DNA from: an uncultured Victivallales bacterium
GTDB taxonomy: Bacteria > Verrucomicrobiota > Kiritimatiellia > UBA8416 > CAYSRM01
Assembly: GCA_964543205.1 (NCBI GenBank)
Contig: CAZIXB010000002.1
Span: 1-38,812 of the forward strand
Reading direction: 5' to 3'
DNA length: 38,812 nt
Positions 9,120-18,672 of the stretch are shown here, one piece after another. The notes under the pieces were generated by a model. That model was given only the letters and a program-made list of their open reading frames with translations, had not been told where the DNA came from and made no database searches. The position numbers were made by a program, and so were the translations under genes. Every line of letters starts with the position of its first letter. Positions within the stretch are counted from its first letter, which is position 1.

Positions 9120-11294
9120 CTAGTTGCCGTGAACACTGGAAAGACTGGCCTCCGGAAAAGCTGTAAGCCAGAATTCAAAAATCACCCGCCATTCGTCTTC
9201 CCGCTCCGCGCCGCTTTCTGTTGTGTGCCCGGGCCTGACACCTAACCCGCTTCTTATACTCATACAGTCCAGGTTTCTCTGCGCATAAAGCCACTGTTCT
9301 TCTATGCGGCTGTCCATCAACCTGTAACGCCATTCGGTTTCCAAGGTCCATGACTGCTGCGGCCATAAGGTAAAAATGCCGCTCAAGATGCTTCGACTGT
9401 CTTGGATATATCTGTATTCAGCCGATGCATGCCATATATTATCCTGGCTGCGCAAATTCATCCGAGTGTTAAAACTGTCAAGCTGCGAATCTTCTAAGTC
9501 CCACCTTCCGTCAAACTCAATGCTGGAACGCTCATTGGGCATGATTTCTGTATCAAACCAGAAGTATTTCAATGCAGCCTCGCCCTGATCCCGTTCAATC
9601 ATGTAAACGGTATAACCATCAATATCAACAAAATCAAAAGGCCTGTTACCCTGTTTTGACTGCAGTTTGTTGCGCATGCCAATCCTGAGATCATGCCTGC
9701 TGTCAAGCGCATCCACCCCGTCAAACTGATAGATGTTGACCGGGGAAATATTCGGCTCCGGAATATATGTGTAGTCGGTATATGGCTCAACAACATGGCG
9801 CATCTTATTGCTCCGGAACATTTTGAACGCCTTGAAAGACGTCTTCTGGCCAAGCTCGAACACATGCCTAAGCTCCGGCCCTTCCTCGGTCTCAACTGAA
9901 GAAACTGCCTCATTAGTTCCCGATCCTGTTACCTCGCTGAAAGAATCACGCGTCTTCGAGTAGTAAGTAGCCCTGTAAGACGCCCTTGGAATAAAATTGA
10001 GAAAACCAAACCACTTGCCGCTGTGCAATACCCTGTTTTCAGAATCAAATCGAAACGCAGAATAGTCGTCTGCTGAAGACAATTCCTCATGAAGCTTCTC
10101 AAGACTAACCGCAGAATTTCTACTCTTGTAATAAAATGACGTGTCGCCAAGCTTCCGCTCAAAAATATCAACCGACGCCTCTGGCATACGATTCACGCTG
10201 GAATAAAAATCATTGAGTCTAAAACGCGCAATGACACTTGCAAGATATCCGTCTCCCCTGTAGCTATACCACAAGTAGTTCTCGGGCTGCGAATGGCGTT
10301 TATAATCACTCTCAAAGAAGTCCTCAAGAACTGCGCGGTCGCTCCAGTATTCTAACTGTCCCATTGCATAATCGCTCGGTCCCGGCTTATACCGATGGCG
10401 GATCTTCAAGCTGTAACGGTTATTGTCAATGTCCGGATTGTTCTCCTGGTCCGGCTCCAGGTCGTGAATGTAGTATCCAAAAAATTCGCCGTCATATCTG
10501 TCCTGATTCCTCCACTTCAAGCCCTCGCCAATGCCTATCCCGCGGCTGGAGTAATAGTCAAGGTGCGGTTCGGATTCCAAATTTTCGCTAAGCCTGAACC
10601 TGTGGGAGAGAAGAAGGAACCCGCCTAAATCGCTAGTGTAGCCTGCCGACATCCTCAAACCTCGGTCGTTAACATTCTGTTTCCAGTATGGCAGATACAT
10701 CACTGGAATATTGCCGAAATACCACACTGCGTGCCTTACCTTGAGATATTCATCAGGAACAAAGGTCAAATTTCTGGCCTTTATCCGATAATGCACATGA
10801 TCGGGCGCGTTGGTGCAGGTGGTCACAACAGGATCATTAATAACAACAGCGCTGCTGCTTTCGCGCTTTGCGCTGCTTGAAGCCAGAAGCCTGAAGGGCG
10901 TCATCTTCAATGTAAGTCCGGACACCTCGCCAACCCGACTCTTGAAGTTATGGCTCAACTTGCTGCCTCGCCATACTCCGCCTTCAGAGTCAACCAGCTT
11001 TACATTGCCTTCGGCATAGGCCTGGCCGGTGCGAGTATTAACGCGTATACGCTCCGCCGTCAGCGTCTCGCCTCCCCGCCGAATTACCGCGTTGCCCGTA
11101 GCCTTGACCCACCCGGCGCTTTCGTCATATTCCAAACGGTCGGCGGTAACATCAATAGGCTCCCCGGAGCCTGGGATTCCCGCCTTTTCGGCCAGAACCC
11201 CTGCATCCGAAGTAGTTTCGGCGGCACAAACTGTTCTGCAAAAAAACAAAGCCGAAACAGACAATCCGGTCAAAATCAAAAACAAACACTTCAT
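9120..11294 (-). CDS. lptD: LPS-assembly outer membrane protein LptD
   Basis: Signal peptide MKCLFLILTGLSVSALFFCRTVCAAE. OstA/LptD N-terminal jellyroll (DVTADRLEYDES...ATGNAVIRRGGETLTAERIRVNTRTGQAYAEGNVKL). The C-terminus is long and rich in aromatic beta-strands, ending WLTAF. The ORF-track start at 11321 is TTG; ATG 11294 gives the clean signal peptide. Confidence 0.8.
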   Translation of the reverse strand: MKCLFLILTGLSVSALFFCRTVCAAETTSDAGVLAEKAGIPGSGEPIDVTADRLEYDESAGWVKATGNAVIRRGGETLTAERIRVNTRTGQAYAEGNVKLVDSEGGVWRGSKLSHNFKSRVGEVSGLTLKMTPFRLLASSSAKRESSSAVVINDPVVTTCTNAPDHVHYRIKARNLTFVPDEYLKVRHAVWYFGNIPVMYLPYWKQNVNDRGLRMSAGYTSDLGGFLLLSHRFRLSENLESEPHLDYYSSRGIGIGEGLKWRNQDRYDGEFFGYYIHDLEPDQENNPDIDNNRYSLKIRHRYKPGPSDYAMGQLEYWSDRAVLEDFFESDYKRHSQPENYLWYSYRGDGYLASVIARFRLNDFYSSVNRMPEASVDIFERKLGDTSFYYKSRNSAVSLEKLHEELSSADDYSAFRFDSENRVLHSGKWFGFLNFIPRASYRATYYSKTRDSFSEVTGSGTNEAVSSVETEEGPELRHVFELGQKTSFKAFKMFRSNKMRHVVEPYTDYTYIPEPNISPVNIYQFDGVDALDSRHDLRIGMRNKLQSKQGNRPFDFVDIDGYTVYMIERDQGEAALKYFWFDTEIMPNERSSIEFDGRWDLEDSQLDSFNTRMNLRSQDNIWHASAEYRYIQDSRSILSGIFTLWPQQSWTLETEWRYRLMDSRIEEQWLYAQRNLDCMSIRSGLGVRPGHTTESGAEREDEWRVIFEFWLTAFPEASLSSVHGN

Positions 11295-11329
11295 TAAAAA
11301 CAAAGCCCTTCCTGCCGACAACCGCAGAA

Positions 11330-12910
11330 CTACTTCTCTTCAACAGCGTAAAGCACTTCTCCTGTGCCCGCATCTTTAATTTCAAAAGCTTCAATATGCT
11401 TGCCGGAATCTTTTCTGAAGCTCAGGTTTCCGTCCATTTTCTTTTCCAATTCTACAAGAAACACCTCGTCCTCGCTGCGCAGCCTGTCAAGAATGGCCGG
11501 GTGCACAATAACCTGTAAATCCCTTTTCTTGTTATCCCGCATATCGCCTCGCATAATAGCCGCAAGATGACGCTGTATATCTACACTCATCCCCAGGTGC
11601 GACTTCACATTGCCTCGTCCCCTGCAGTAAGGACAATCCATATACATGGAGGACAAAATGCTCTCTTCCGCCCGCTGCCTGGTCATCTCCATGATGCCCA
11701 GCGAAGAAATCGGCAGAACGTTTGTCCTTGCGCGATCCCTTTTTAATGCATTTTTCATCTCCCTGTATACCGTGCTCTGGTGCTTTTTGTATCTCATGTC
11801 TATCAGGTCAATAACCACCAGTCCTCCGACATTGCGCAGCCTCAACTGCCTGGCCACTTCCTCCACTGCTTCTCGGTTGACCTTTAGGATCGCCTCTTCC
11901 TGCGAGCCCTTACCCTTATGTCTGCCGGTATTGACGTCTATGGAAATCAGAGCTTCTGTTTCTTCAAGAATTATATACCCTCCGCAATCAAGCTTGACTT
12001 TCCGCTGAAACGCTTTTTCCACCTGCTTTTCAACATTGTAATATTCAAATATCGGCTTCTCGCCTTCATACAGTTGTATTTTGGCTTTGGATCTGCGAGA
12101 TATTCGCCCGGCCAGATTGCGCAATCGTTCGAATCGCTCCCTGCGGTCAACAATAATCCTGTCTACATCCTCAGTAAGCCAGTCCCGCACCACCCTTTCA
12201 ACAAGGTCAAGCTCCTGGTATACACATGTTGCCGGAGGTTGAGCCTGGATGGCCTCCTGGAGATCCTCCCATATCGCATTCAATGATTTCAAGTCCCTGA
12301 CAAAATTACGCTTGCTTGCCCCCTCGCCTGCAGTGCGCACAATCACTCCTACATTGCCAGGCAGCGCAAGCTTGTCGAGAATTTTTTTCAAACGCTGCCT
12401 TTCGCTTCTATCCCCTATCTTCCTTGAAACACCCCTCAGGCTGCACCCGGGCATAAATACTAGATACCTGCCGGGAATGCTTATACTCGCCGTAGCACGG
12501 GGGCCCTTGGTTCCTATCGGACCCTTGGTAACCTGAATCACTATCTCTGAGCCGACAGGAAACATCTTTTCTATTTCCTTGTTCGAAAGCTTCTTGCGTT
12601 TTGAAGGCCTGCGCCTCTTGTCACTGTCGTCCAAATCAAGCTCAGGAATCTCGGGAATCATGTCCCAATAGTGAAGAAATGCGTTCTTTTTCATGCCTAT
12701 ATTAACAAAAGCCGCCTGTAGATCATGTTCCAGGTTCTGAATCCTGCCCTTGTAAATGCTGCCCACTACCCTCTCACGGGAAGGATGTTCAACTTGAAAC
12801 TCCTCCAGACAACCATTCTCCACAACAGCAACACGAGTTTCCAGGCTCTCTGCATTAATTATTATTTCTCTATTCATCTGCGACTTCTTCCTGAATTTGA
12901 ACATTTCCAT
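11330..12910 (-). CDS. rng: ribonuclease G/E family (RNase G)
   Basis: S1 domain GSIYKGRIQNLEHDLQAAFVNIG, RNase E/G catalytic core (GGYIILEETEALISIDVNTG, GGLVVIDLIDM) and zinc-link CPYCRGRG. The start could be ATG 12904 instead, given the spacing from GAGGTG. Confidence 0.9.
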   Translation of the reverse strand: MEMFKFRKKSQMNREIIINAESLETRVAVVENGCLEEFQVEHPSRERVVGSIYKGRIQNLEHDLQAAFVNIGMKKNAFLHYWDMIPEIPELDLDDSDKRRRPSKRKKLSNKEIEKMFPVGSEIVIQVTKGPIGTKGPRATASISIPGRYLVFMPGCSLRGVSRKIGDRSERQRLKKILDKLALPGNVGVIVRTAGEGASKRNFVRDLKSLNAIWEDLQEAIQAQPPATCVYQELDLVERVVRDWLTEDVDRIIVDRRERFERLRNLAGRISRRSKAKIQLYEGEKPIFEYYNVEKQVEKAFQRKVKLDCGGYIILEETEALISIDVNTGRHKGKGSQEEAILKVNREAVEEVARQLRLRNVGGLVVIDLIDMRYKKHQSTVYREMKNALKRDRARTNVLPISSLGIMEMTRQRAEESILSSMYMDCPYCRGRGNVKSHLGMSVDIQRHLAAIMRGDMRDNKKRDLQVIVHPAILDRLRSEDEVFLVELEKKMDGNLSFRKDSGKHIEAFEIKDAGTGEVLYAVEEK

Positions 12911-12954
12911 TTCACCTCTTTCACTTCGGCTGTCCTTTCTCTGTTTCAGACAGA

Positions 12955-14157
12955 CTAATCAATAAATTCCTGCCTCCGAGGCAGCGACCTCACATACACA
13001 CTCTGAATCAAGCCGAGCCCTGCCATGGTCATTACCATAAAACTGCCACCATAACTTAATAACGGCAGCGGTAGCCCCGTAATAGGCATCAACCCGATGG
13101 TCATTGCAATGTTTATGAATGCATGACAGAAAATCAGCGTTACAACACCAACACACAACAGCCTGCCAAGCATGTCCCTGGCCATAAAAGCTGCCTGCGC
13201 GCCAAAACCAATGAGCAAACCTAACAGAATCAGAGCCGCAAAAGAGCCGGCAAAACCTTTCTCCTCGGCAATAACCGAATAAATAAAATCCGTTGGAGTT
13301 ACCGTCCTCGGAAGAAAACCAAGTATGTTCTGTGTCCCCTGCTTCCAACCTTTGCCCCATACACCGCCGGAGCCAACCGCAATCTCAGACTGGATTTTGT
13401 TCCAGCCGGCATCCCTGGGATCTTTCTCAGGATTCAGAAAATAAACAATTCTGTCCCTGTGGTACGGATTTAATCCAATGGCTCTGACTATCTCGTCCTG
13501 CCTCTCGGGACTGGCCCCCAGTTTCTCCGGCAAAAGAAACAAACCAAGAACAATGCCAATAAGCAGTGCCCCGAAAACAACCATAACCCCCAACATCCTC
13601 AGAGATATTCCGCCCGCATACATGAGGATGAAAGCCGTGGGCAAAAATACCATTGCGGTGCCTAAATCCGGTTCAGCCACAACAAGAAACCAGGGGATAC
13701 TGACAATTAGAATCAGCCAGACCACAAGCTTAAAGCTCCGCCGGTTTACGTCTGGCCGGCTCAGAATTACGCTCAATACCAACACCAGCGCAGGCTTTGC
13801 AACCTCGGATGGCTGCAAGGTAACTCCGCCAAAAAGGGTCAGCCATCGCTTTGCGCCTGTAGCGCTGCCGCCTACCAGCAGAACCAGAACAAGAAGAAAC
13901 ACAGTGGCGCCATAAGTTAACCACACGAACTTGCTGAAACTGCGATAGTCGCAAAGTGTTAAAAACAGATAGACAGCGGTCCCTATTGTAAACCACACAA
14001 ACTGCTTGTAAGGCAGTTTCCATGCGTCCGGATCAAGACTGCCGTTAACAGCGCTGTGTATAAACATTATGCCAACCGCTACCATGACAAAAATCACAAG
14101 GTTCAGTCCCCAGTGCATTTTCCTTAAATCTTTCAATCTATTCAGCATGCCAGCCAT
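12955..14157 (-). CDS. rodA: SEDS peptidoglycan glycosyltransferase RodA
   Basis: Polytopic membrane protein of the FtsW/RodA/SpoVE family. Motifs are EPDLGTAMV, DFIYSVIAEEKGF and PITGLPLPLLSYGGS. It sits directly downstream of mrdA. Confidence 0.9.
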   Translation of the reverse strand: MAGMLNRLKDLRKMHWGLNLVIFVMVAVGIMFIHSAVNGSLDPDAWKLPYKQFVWFTIGTAVYLFLTLCDYRSFSKFVWLTYGATVFLLVLVLLVGGSATGAKRWLTLFGGVTLQPSEVAKPALVLVLSVILSRPDVNRRSFKLVVWLILIVSIPWFLVVAEPDLGTAMVFLPTAFILMYAGGISLRMLGVMVVFGALLIGIVLGLFLLPEKLGASPERQDEIVRAIGLNPYHRDRIVYFLNPEKDPRDAGWNKIQSEIAVGSGGVWGKGWKQGTQNILGFLPRTVTPTDFIYSVIAEEKGFAGSFAALILLGLLIGFGAQAAFMARDMLGRLLCVGVVTLIFCHAFINIAMTIGLMPITGLPLPLLSYGGSFMVMTMAGLGLIQSVYVRSLPRRQEFID

Positions 14158-14163
14158 TCAGAT

Positions 14164-15987
14164 CTAACCCCTGTTCCCGGCATTTAATTCAAGATCAAAA
14201 ATACTATCCATAAGTTTGCCCATCCGCGGCGCCACAGTTATCCCGCCGGAAACTCCATCCTCTATCACCATAGCCACCGCATACCTGGGATCTTGAAATG
14301 GCGCAAAGGCAATCATCCATGTATGCTGCTTGTTCTGGCCCGGCCGGCCGTATTGGGCAGTTCCTGTTTTGCCTGCCACAACCGCAGCCTCAATCCTGGC
14401 CCGCTTTCCCGTCCCGCTATCAGCATTAACCACGTCCCGCATTCCGCCCCTGACAACTTCAAGGGCGCTCCTGCTCCAAGACAGCCTGTTCAAAACTTCG
14501 CCATCCCTGCCTCGTCGCTTAACAAGGCGGGGCCTGTAGACAACGCCGCCGTTTGCCAGGGCCGCGGTGTACACGGCCATCTGCAGAGGCGTTACCAGTA
14601 AAGCCCCTTGTCCAATGGAAATATTGCACGTGTCACCGGACCGCCAGGAATCACCGTATACTCTTCTTTTCCAGGCGTTATCCGGAACAAGTCCAGCCCT
14701 CTCAGCCCCAAGCCCGATACCGGTTTTGCGCCCAAGGCCAAGCGATTCGGCCATGTGAACAATTGACCGATGCCCCGTCTTTAATCCAATCTCACAGAAA
14801 TATGCATTGCATGACTGCTCTATAGCCTTTCGCATGGCAATGCTTCCGTGCCCTCTTTTCAGCCAACAGCCAAAAACAGCGCTGCCCAGGGCAAAATAAC
14901 CAGGACAATTGAACCTCTGATCAGAGCCAACATCACCGTTCTCTAATGCTGCGAGCGCAACAATCGGCTTAAAAATGCTTCCGGGGGGATATGCGCCGGA
15001 AATCGCCCTGTTCAGCATCGGGCGGGCAGAATCATTTCTCACGCGTTCCCAATCTTTGACTGATAAAGAAGGAGTAAAAATCCGGGGATCAAAGGAAGGA
15101 CCGCTAGCCATCGCTAGAATATCGCCGTTGCTCGGATCAATAACCACTATCGCCCCCTTCCGAAGCTCCTGGGAATTCCGCCTGCGCCTCAACGCTTGCT
15201 CAGCCAGCTTCTGTATCCTGACATCAAGCACAGTGTAAATGTCTTCCCCAGGATAAGGATGCCTCGACAAATCTTTCAGTATGCCGCGCCTGTAATGCGA
15301 AACGTCAATTCTTATCAGGTCGGCTCCAGGCAGTCCGGCCAGTTCCCCGTTGTACACTCGCTCCAGTCCCCTTTTACCCTCCATCTCAGGAAGATAATAA
15401 TCCGGAACTTCGCCCGCCTCAGATGAAAAATCGGCCTTGCCTACATAACCCACAACGTGCGCAGCAAGCTTTCCGCGAGGGTACACGCGAACAGGACGCA
15501 CATATATATCCACTCCGGCTATCCTTGTGCCCGACTCCTCCAGCTTCGCCACAATATCTTCCGGCAGATCTGTCCACGCCAGAAAAGGAAGAGGCAGACG
15601 CAGCCTTACATGCCTGACAATATCCTCGCGCGTGGTCTCCCTCGAAATCCCCAGGGATTCCGCCATTTTATCAATCTGCATGTCAACATGATCCACGGTG
15701 CGAGACCAGCCTCCGGGCTGGCGCAACTCTTCAAGATAAAAGGCTATGCAGAAGCTAACCCGGTTCCTTGCCAGGCAAACGCCGTTCCGGTCAAAAATAC
15801 GGCCCCTGTTGCCCGGTACGCGCACCCGTCTGACACTCTGCCTGCGCTGCTTGCCGATATAACGGTGTGCTTGCAGAATCTGCAGTCTCCATAAAACTGC
15901 GCCAAGAAAAAGCAGCGCCAGCACCATTCCCGCGAACAGAAACTTCAGCCTCGTGGTGTCTTCTCCATATCTTCCTCCCTGTATCAT
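14164..15987 (-). CDS. mrdA: penicillin-binding protein 2 (elongasome transpeptidase)
   Basis: N-terminal TM anchor and PBP dimerisation domain, then SxxK (PGSIFKP), SxN (EQSCNAYF) and KTGT (AGKTGTAQ). The track start at 15990 is TTG. ATG 15987 overlaps the mreD stop by 1 nt (TGATG). Confidence 0.93.
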   Translation of the reverse strand: MIQGGRYGEDTTRLKFLFAGMVLALLFLGAVLWRLQILQAHRYIGKQRRQSVRRVRVPGNRGRIFDRNGVCLARNRVSFCIAFYLEELRQPGGWSRTVDHVDMQIDKMAESLGISRETTREDIVRHVRLRLPLPFLAWTDLPEDIVAKLEESGTRIAGVDIYVRPVRVYPRGKLAAHVVGYVGKADFSSEAGEVPDYYLPEMEGKRGLERVYNGELAGLPGADLIRIDVSHYRRGILKDLSRHPYPGEDIYTVLDVRIQKLAEQALRRRRNSQELRKGAIVVIDPSNGDILAMASGPSFDPRIFTPSLSVKDWERVRNDSARPMLNRAISGAYPPGSIFKPIVALAALENGDVGSDQRFNCPGYFALGSAVFGCWLKRGHGSIAMRKAIEQSCNAYFCEIGLKTGHRSIVHMAESLGLGRKTGIGLGAERAGLVPDNAWKRRVYGDSWRSGDTCNISIGQGALLVTPLQMAVYTAALANGGVVYRPRLVKRRGRDGEVLNRLSWSRSALEVVRGGMRDVVNADSGTGKRARIEAAVVAGKTGTAQYGRPGQNKQHTWMIAFAPFQDPRYAVAMVIEDGVSGGITVAPRMGKLMDSIFDLELNAGNRG

Positions 15988-16490
15988 CAAACTTCAAACC
16001 CCTCAACATTGCCTACCCACATATCAAGACGCCGCACAACCAAGAAGACCAGAGGCGTAACAACAGCAGCAAGAGTCGCAACTCCAGACAACTTGAAGAA
16101 AAGCCATCCAGAACCACAGCCCGCAAGCCCCTGGCTCCGCAAAAGGATGTAGAGACACAATAAAGCCAGAGGCGCGGCAACGGCGCCGAAAAGAACAGGC
16201 GTGAACATGGTGCCAAGCATTATAACAGACCTGAAACGACCGGCAATCCAGACTACAAGAAAGAAAATGATTGAACTGAAACCAAGAGGAATCAAACTCA
16301 GAGAATCCTGAAACACCCCCGCAAAAAGACCGGCCATCATCGCGATGCCGATTTCGCGATTTAACGCGTAATACAGCACGACCCCGAGAAGAAAAGGAAA
16401 TTTAGCCTGGCCAAACAAGGAGTACGCAGGAAGGACAAGCTGCAAATAAGCCGCGCCGACAATAGAAAACAACATTACCACCCAGTTCAT
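15987..16490 (-). CDS. mreD: rod shape-determining protein MreD
   Basis: 167-aa protein of about five hydrophobic segments. It sits between mreC and mrdA, with a 4-nt overlap with mreC. Confidence 0.8.
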   Translation of the reverse strand: MNWVVMLFSIVGAAYLQLVLPAYSLFGQAKFPFLLGVVLYYALNREIGIAMMAGLFAGVFQDSLSLIPLGFSSIIFFLVVWIAGRFRSVIMLGTMFTPVLFGAVAAPLALLCLYILLRSQGLAGCGSGWLFFKLSGVATLAAVVTPLVFLVVRRLDMWVGNVEGFEV

Positions 16491-17365
16491 GGCCCGGCCT
16501 CCATATCTATTTCCTGCTTCTCTGCGCCGGCCTCAACAACCACAAAAACGTAACGCAGTTTTGCAAGATCGGCAGAAGGCACAACCTCCGCAATCCTGTA
16601 CAATTCAGACCGATGCACATCCACTCCGGAAACATACCCCACCATAATGCCTCGGGGGAAAATGCCGCCAAGTCCGGAAGTTATAACCTCATCATGCAGC
16701 TTTACAACGCGGTCCCGGTCTATATAATCCATCCTGCCGGGCGCAGGATTGTACAACAGGTCCAGCTTCTCTTTTCCTGAAAGGTCAACCCCGCCGCCGC
16801 GCATAATTCCAAATCCGCCGGATTCAGCAAATTCACACGATACTTTGCACTTCGGGTCAGTAATAAGAAGCACATCGGCGGTGCGTTCTGAAACATTGAC
16901 TGTTTTGCCTACAATCCCGTCGGCAGTCACTACGGCAAGTCCGCTCCTGATACCGGCTTTGGCGCCCCTGTTGAGGTGAAGGGTCTGCCACCATCCTACA
17001 GCTCCGTTCCTGGCTACAACTTCACATAAAACAAGATCATGTTCGCTTTTGCGAAGGAAAGTCAGAAGAGAAGAGAACTTCTCCTCTTCCCTTACAAGCC
17101 TCTCCAGGGATTCAATCTTAGTTTTTAGACGGGCAATCTCCAGGTTCTTATCGCGGACCTCTTCCACCGCCCGATTGGCCCGGGCAAAAGAGCGGAAATA
17201 ATTGCGGACGTTGCTGATAACAAGCGACATCACATTCTGAAACGGCGCTATTCCGTCTTTGGCCGTAGAACTGACTCGCCTGGAAGCCGAAACCGGCAGG
17301 TTCAAAAGGACAACTATGGCCAGCAATGCCAACCATACAAAATATTTTTTCTGGCTCACGATCAA
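16487..17365 (-). CDS. mreC: rod shape-determining protein MreC
   Basis: N-terminal TM segment, coiled coil (EEVRDKNLEIARLKTKIESLERLVREEEK), then beta-rich domains with GIVGKV- and GIFPRGI-type motifs. The start codon is TTG in the ORF track and I cannot refine it. Confidence 0.85.
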   Translation of the reverse strand: MIVSQKKYFVWLALLAIVVLLNLPVSASRRVSSTAKDGIAPFQNVMSLVISNVRNYFRSFARANRAVEEVRDKNLEIARLKTKIESLERLVREEEKFSSLLTFLRKSEHDLVLCEVVARNGAVGWWQTLHLNRGAKAGIRSGLAVVTADGIVGKTVNVSERTADVLLITDPKCKVSCEFAESGGFGIMRGGGVDLSGKEKLDLLYNPAPGRMDYIDRDRVVKLHDEVITSGLGGIFPRGIMVGYVSGVDVHRSELYRIAEVVPSADLAKLRYVFVVVEAGAEKQEIDMEAGP

Positions 17366-17415
17366 TTACCGTCGCGAAGCACTGCAGAAAAAACGGAATC
17401 CGAGCAGATGCGCCG

Positions 17416-18447
17416 TCAAGCCTTGGTGGCGCGAGCCGAACTCCTCAGGAAATTCAACTCGTTAAGAACAACGCCGGTGCCTTCCGCTACAGCGCTGAGC
17501 GGATCATCCGCCAGATGAACAGGCAACCCGGTCTGTTCGGCAATCAGCTTATCCATATTCTTGAGCAGGGCGCCACCTCCTGCAAGAATCATGCCCCTGT
17601 CTACAAGGTCCGCCGATAATTCAGCCGGACACCTCTCAAGAGTTATCCTGATAGCGTCAATAATAGAAGAAACCGGCTCCTGTAAAGCTTCACGAACCTC
17701 TTCGGAAGTAATGGTCAAAGTCTTCGGAAGCCCGGCTACAAGGTCTCTTCCCTTGACCTCCATGCTGGTCTCTTCATCAACAGGATATGCCGAACCCATT
17801 GACATCTTGATCTCCTCTGCAGTACGTTCTCCCAACATTAAGTTATAAACACGTTTCATGTACTGAACTATACATTCATCCATCTCATCGCCGCCGACTC
17901 TTACTGTGCGGCTGAAAACTATGCCGGCAAGCGATATCAAGGCCACCTCCGTGGTCCCTCCGCCTATGTCCACTATCATGTTCCCCGCTGGCTCCTGGAC
18001 AGGCAATCCTACACCAATGGCAGCAGCCATCGGTTCTTCAATAAGAAACACTTCCCTTGCCCCGGCATGAGTCGCCGAGTCCTTGACCGCTCGTTTCTCA
18101 ACTTCCGTGATGTCACTGGGAACTGCAATGATGATCCTCGGACGAACCATCTTCTTGCGATTATGCACCCGCTTGATGAAATACCGAAGCATAGCTTCTG
18201 TTATCTCAAAATCAGCTATTACACCGGCCTTCATCGGCCGCACAGCCACAATGTTGCCCGGTGTCCGTCCAAGCATGCGCTTGGCTTCATCACCAACAGC
18301 CAGAATTCGCTTGGTTCCAGCCTGAATGGCAACAACTGAAGGCTCACGAAGCACAATGCCGCGATCCTTCACATAAACCAATGTATTGGCTGTCCCTAAA
18401 TCTATCCCGATATCGTTCGAGAATAACCCTAAAAACCTGCTTAACAT
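17416..18447 (-). CDS. mreB: actin-like rod shape-determining protein MreB
   Basis: Motifs GIDLGTANTLVY, EPMAAAIG and VDIGGGTTEVA. Length is 343 aa. No obvious SD precedes the ATG. Confidence 0.97.
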   Translation of the reverse strand: MLSRFLGLFSNDIGIDLGTANTLVYVKDRGIVLREPSVVAIQAGTKRILAVGDEAKRMLGRTPGNIVAVRPMKAGVIADFEITEAMLRYFIKRVHNRKKMVRPRIIIAVPSDITEVEKRAVKDSATHAGAREVFLIEEPMAAAIGVGLPVQEPAGNMIVDIGGGTTEVALISLAGIVFSRTVRVGGDEMDECIVQYMKRVYNLMLGERTAEEIKMSMGSAYPVDEETSMEVKGRDLVAGLPKTLTITSEEVREALQEPVSSIIDAIRITLERCPAELSADLVDRGMILAGGGALLKNMDKLIAEQTGLPVHLADDPLSAVAEGTGVVLNELNFLRSSARATKA

Positions 18448-18610
18448 TTAATTAATCCAATATACTACGCCTTGGTAAATAAACGGTTCTCACGTACTTT
18501 GAGCTATACGTGGACGAATCGTCAAGCAATAAACACACACAAATACCGACACCTCTCAAATACCTGCGCCACCCGGCCTGACCCGCCGGCGGCACAATTC
18601 TTCTTTCCCC

Positions 18611-18637
18611 TTGCAATCATCATGAATTTTGCATAAT
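18611..18637 (+). promoter_or_regulatory. candidate sigma70-like promoter for the 18673 ORF
   Basis: TTGCAA (18611-18616), a 15-nt spacer, then CATAAT (18632-18637). GAGGA at 18656-18660 lies upstream of ATG 18673. The spacer is short, so this call is weak. Confidence 0.3.
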
Positions 18638-18672
18638 CAGGACATGTCAAAATACGAGGAATCATAACAGCT

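Noticed and set aside
17366-17415. Possible attenuator between mreB and mreC. The minus strand shows a T6 run preceded by CGGATTCCG.
   Set aside because: The stem is only 3-4 bp with an impossible or very small loop. The alternative 7-bp stem has a bulge and places the T-run inside the loop. It is not a credible intrinsic terminator.
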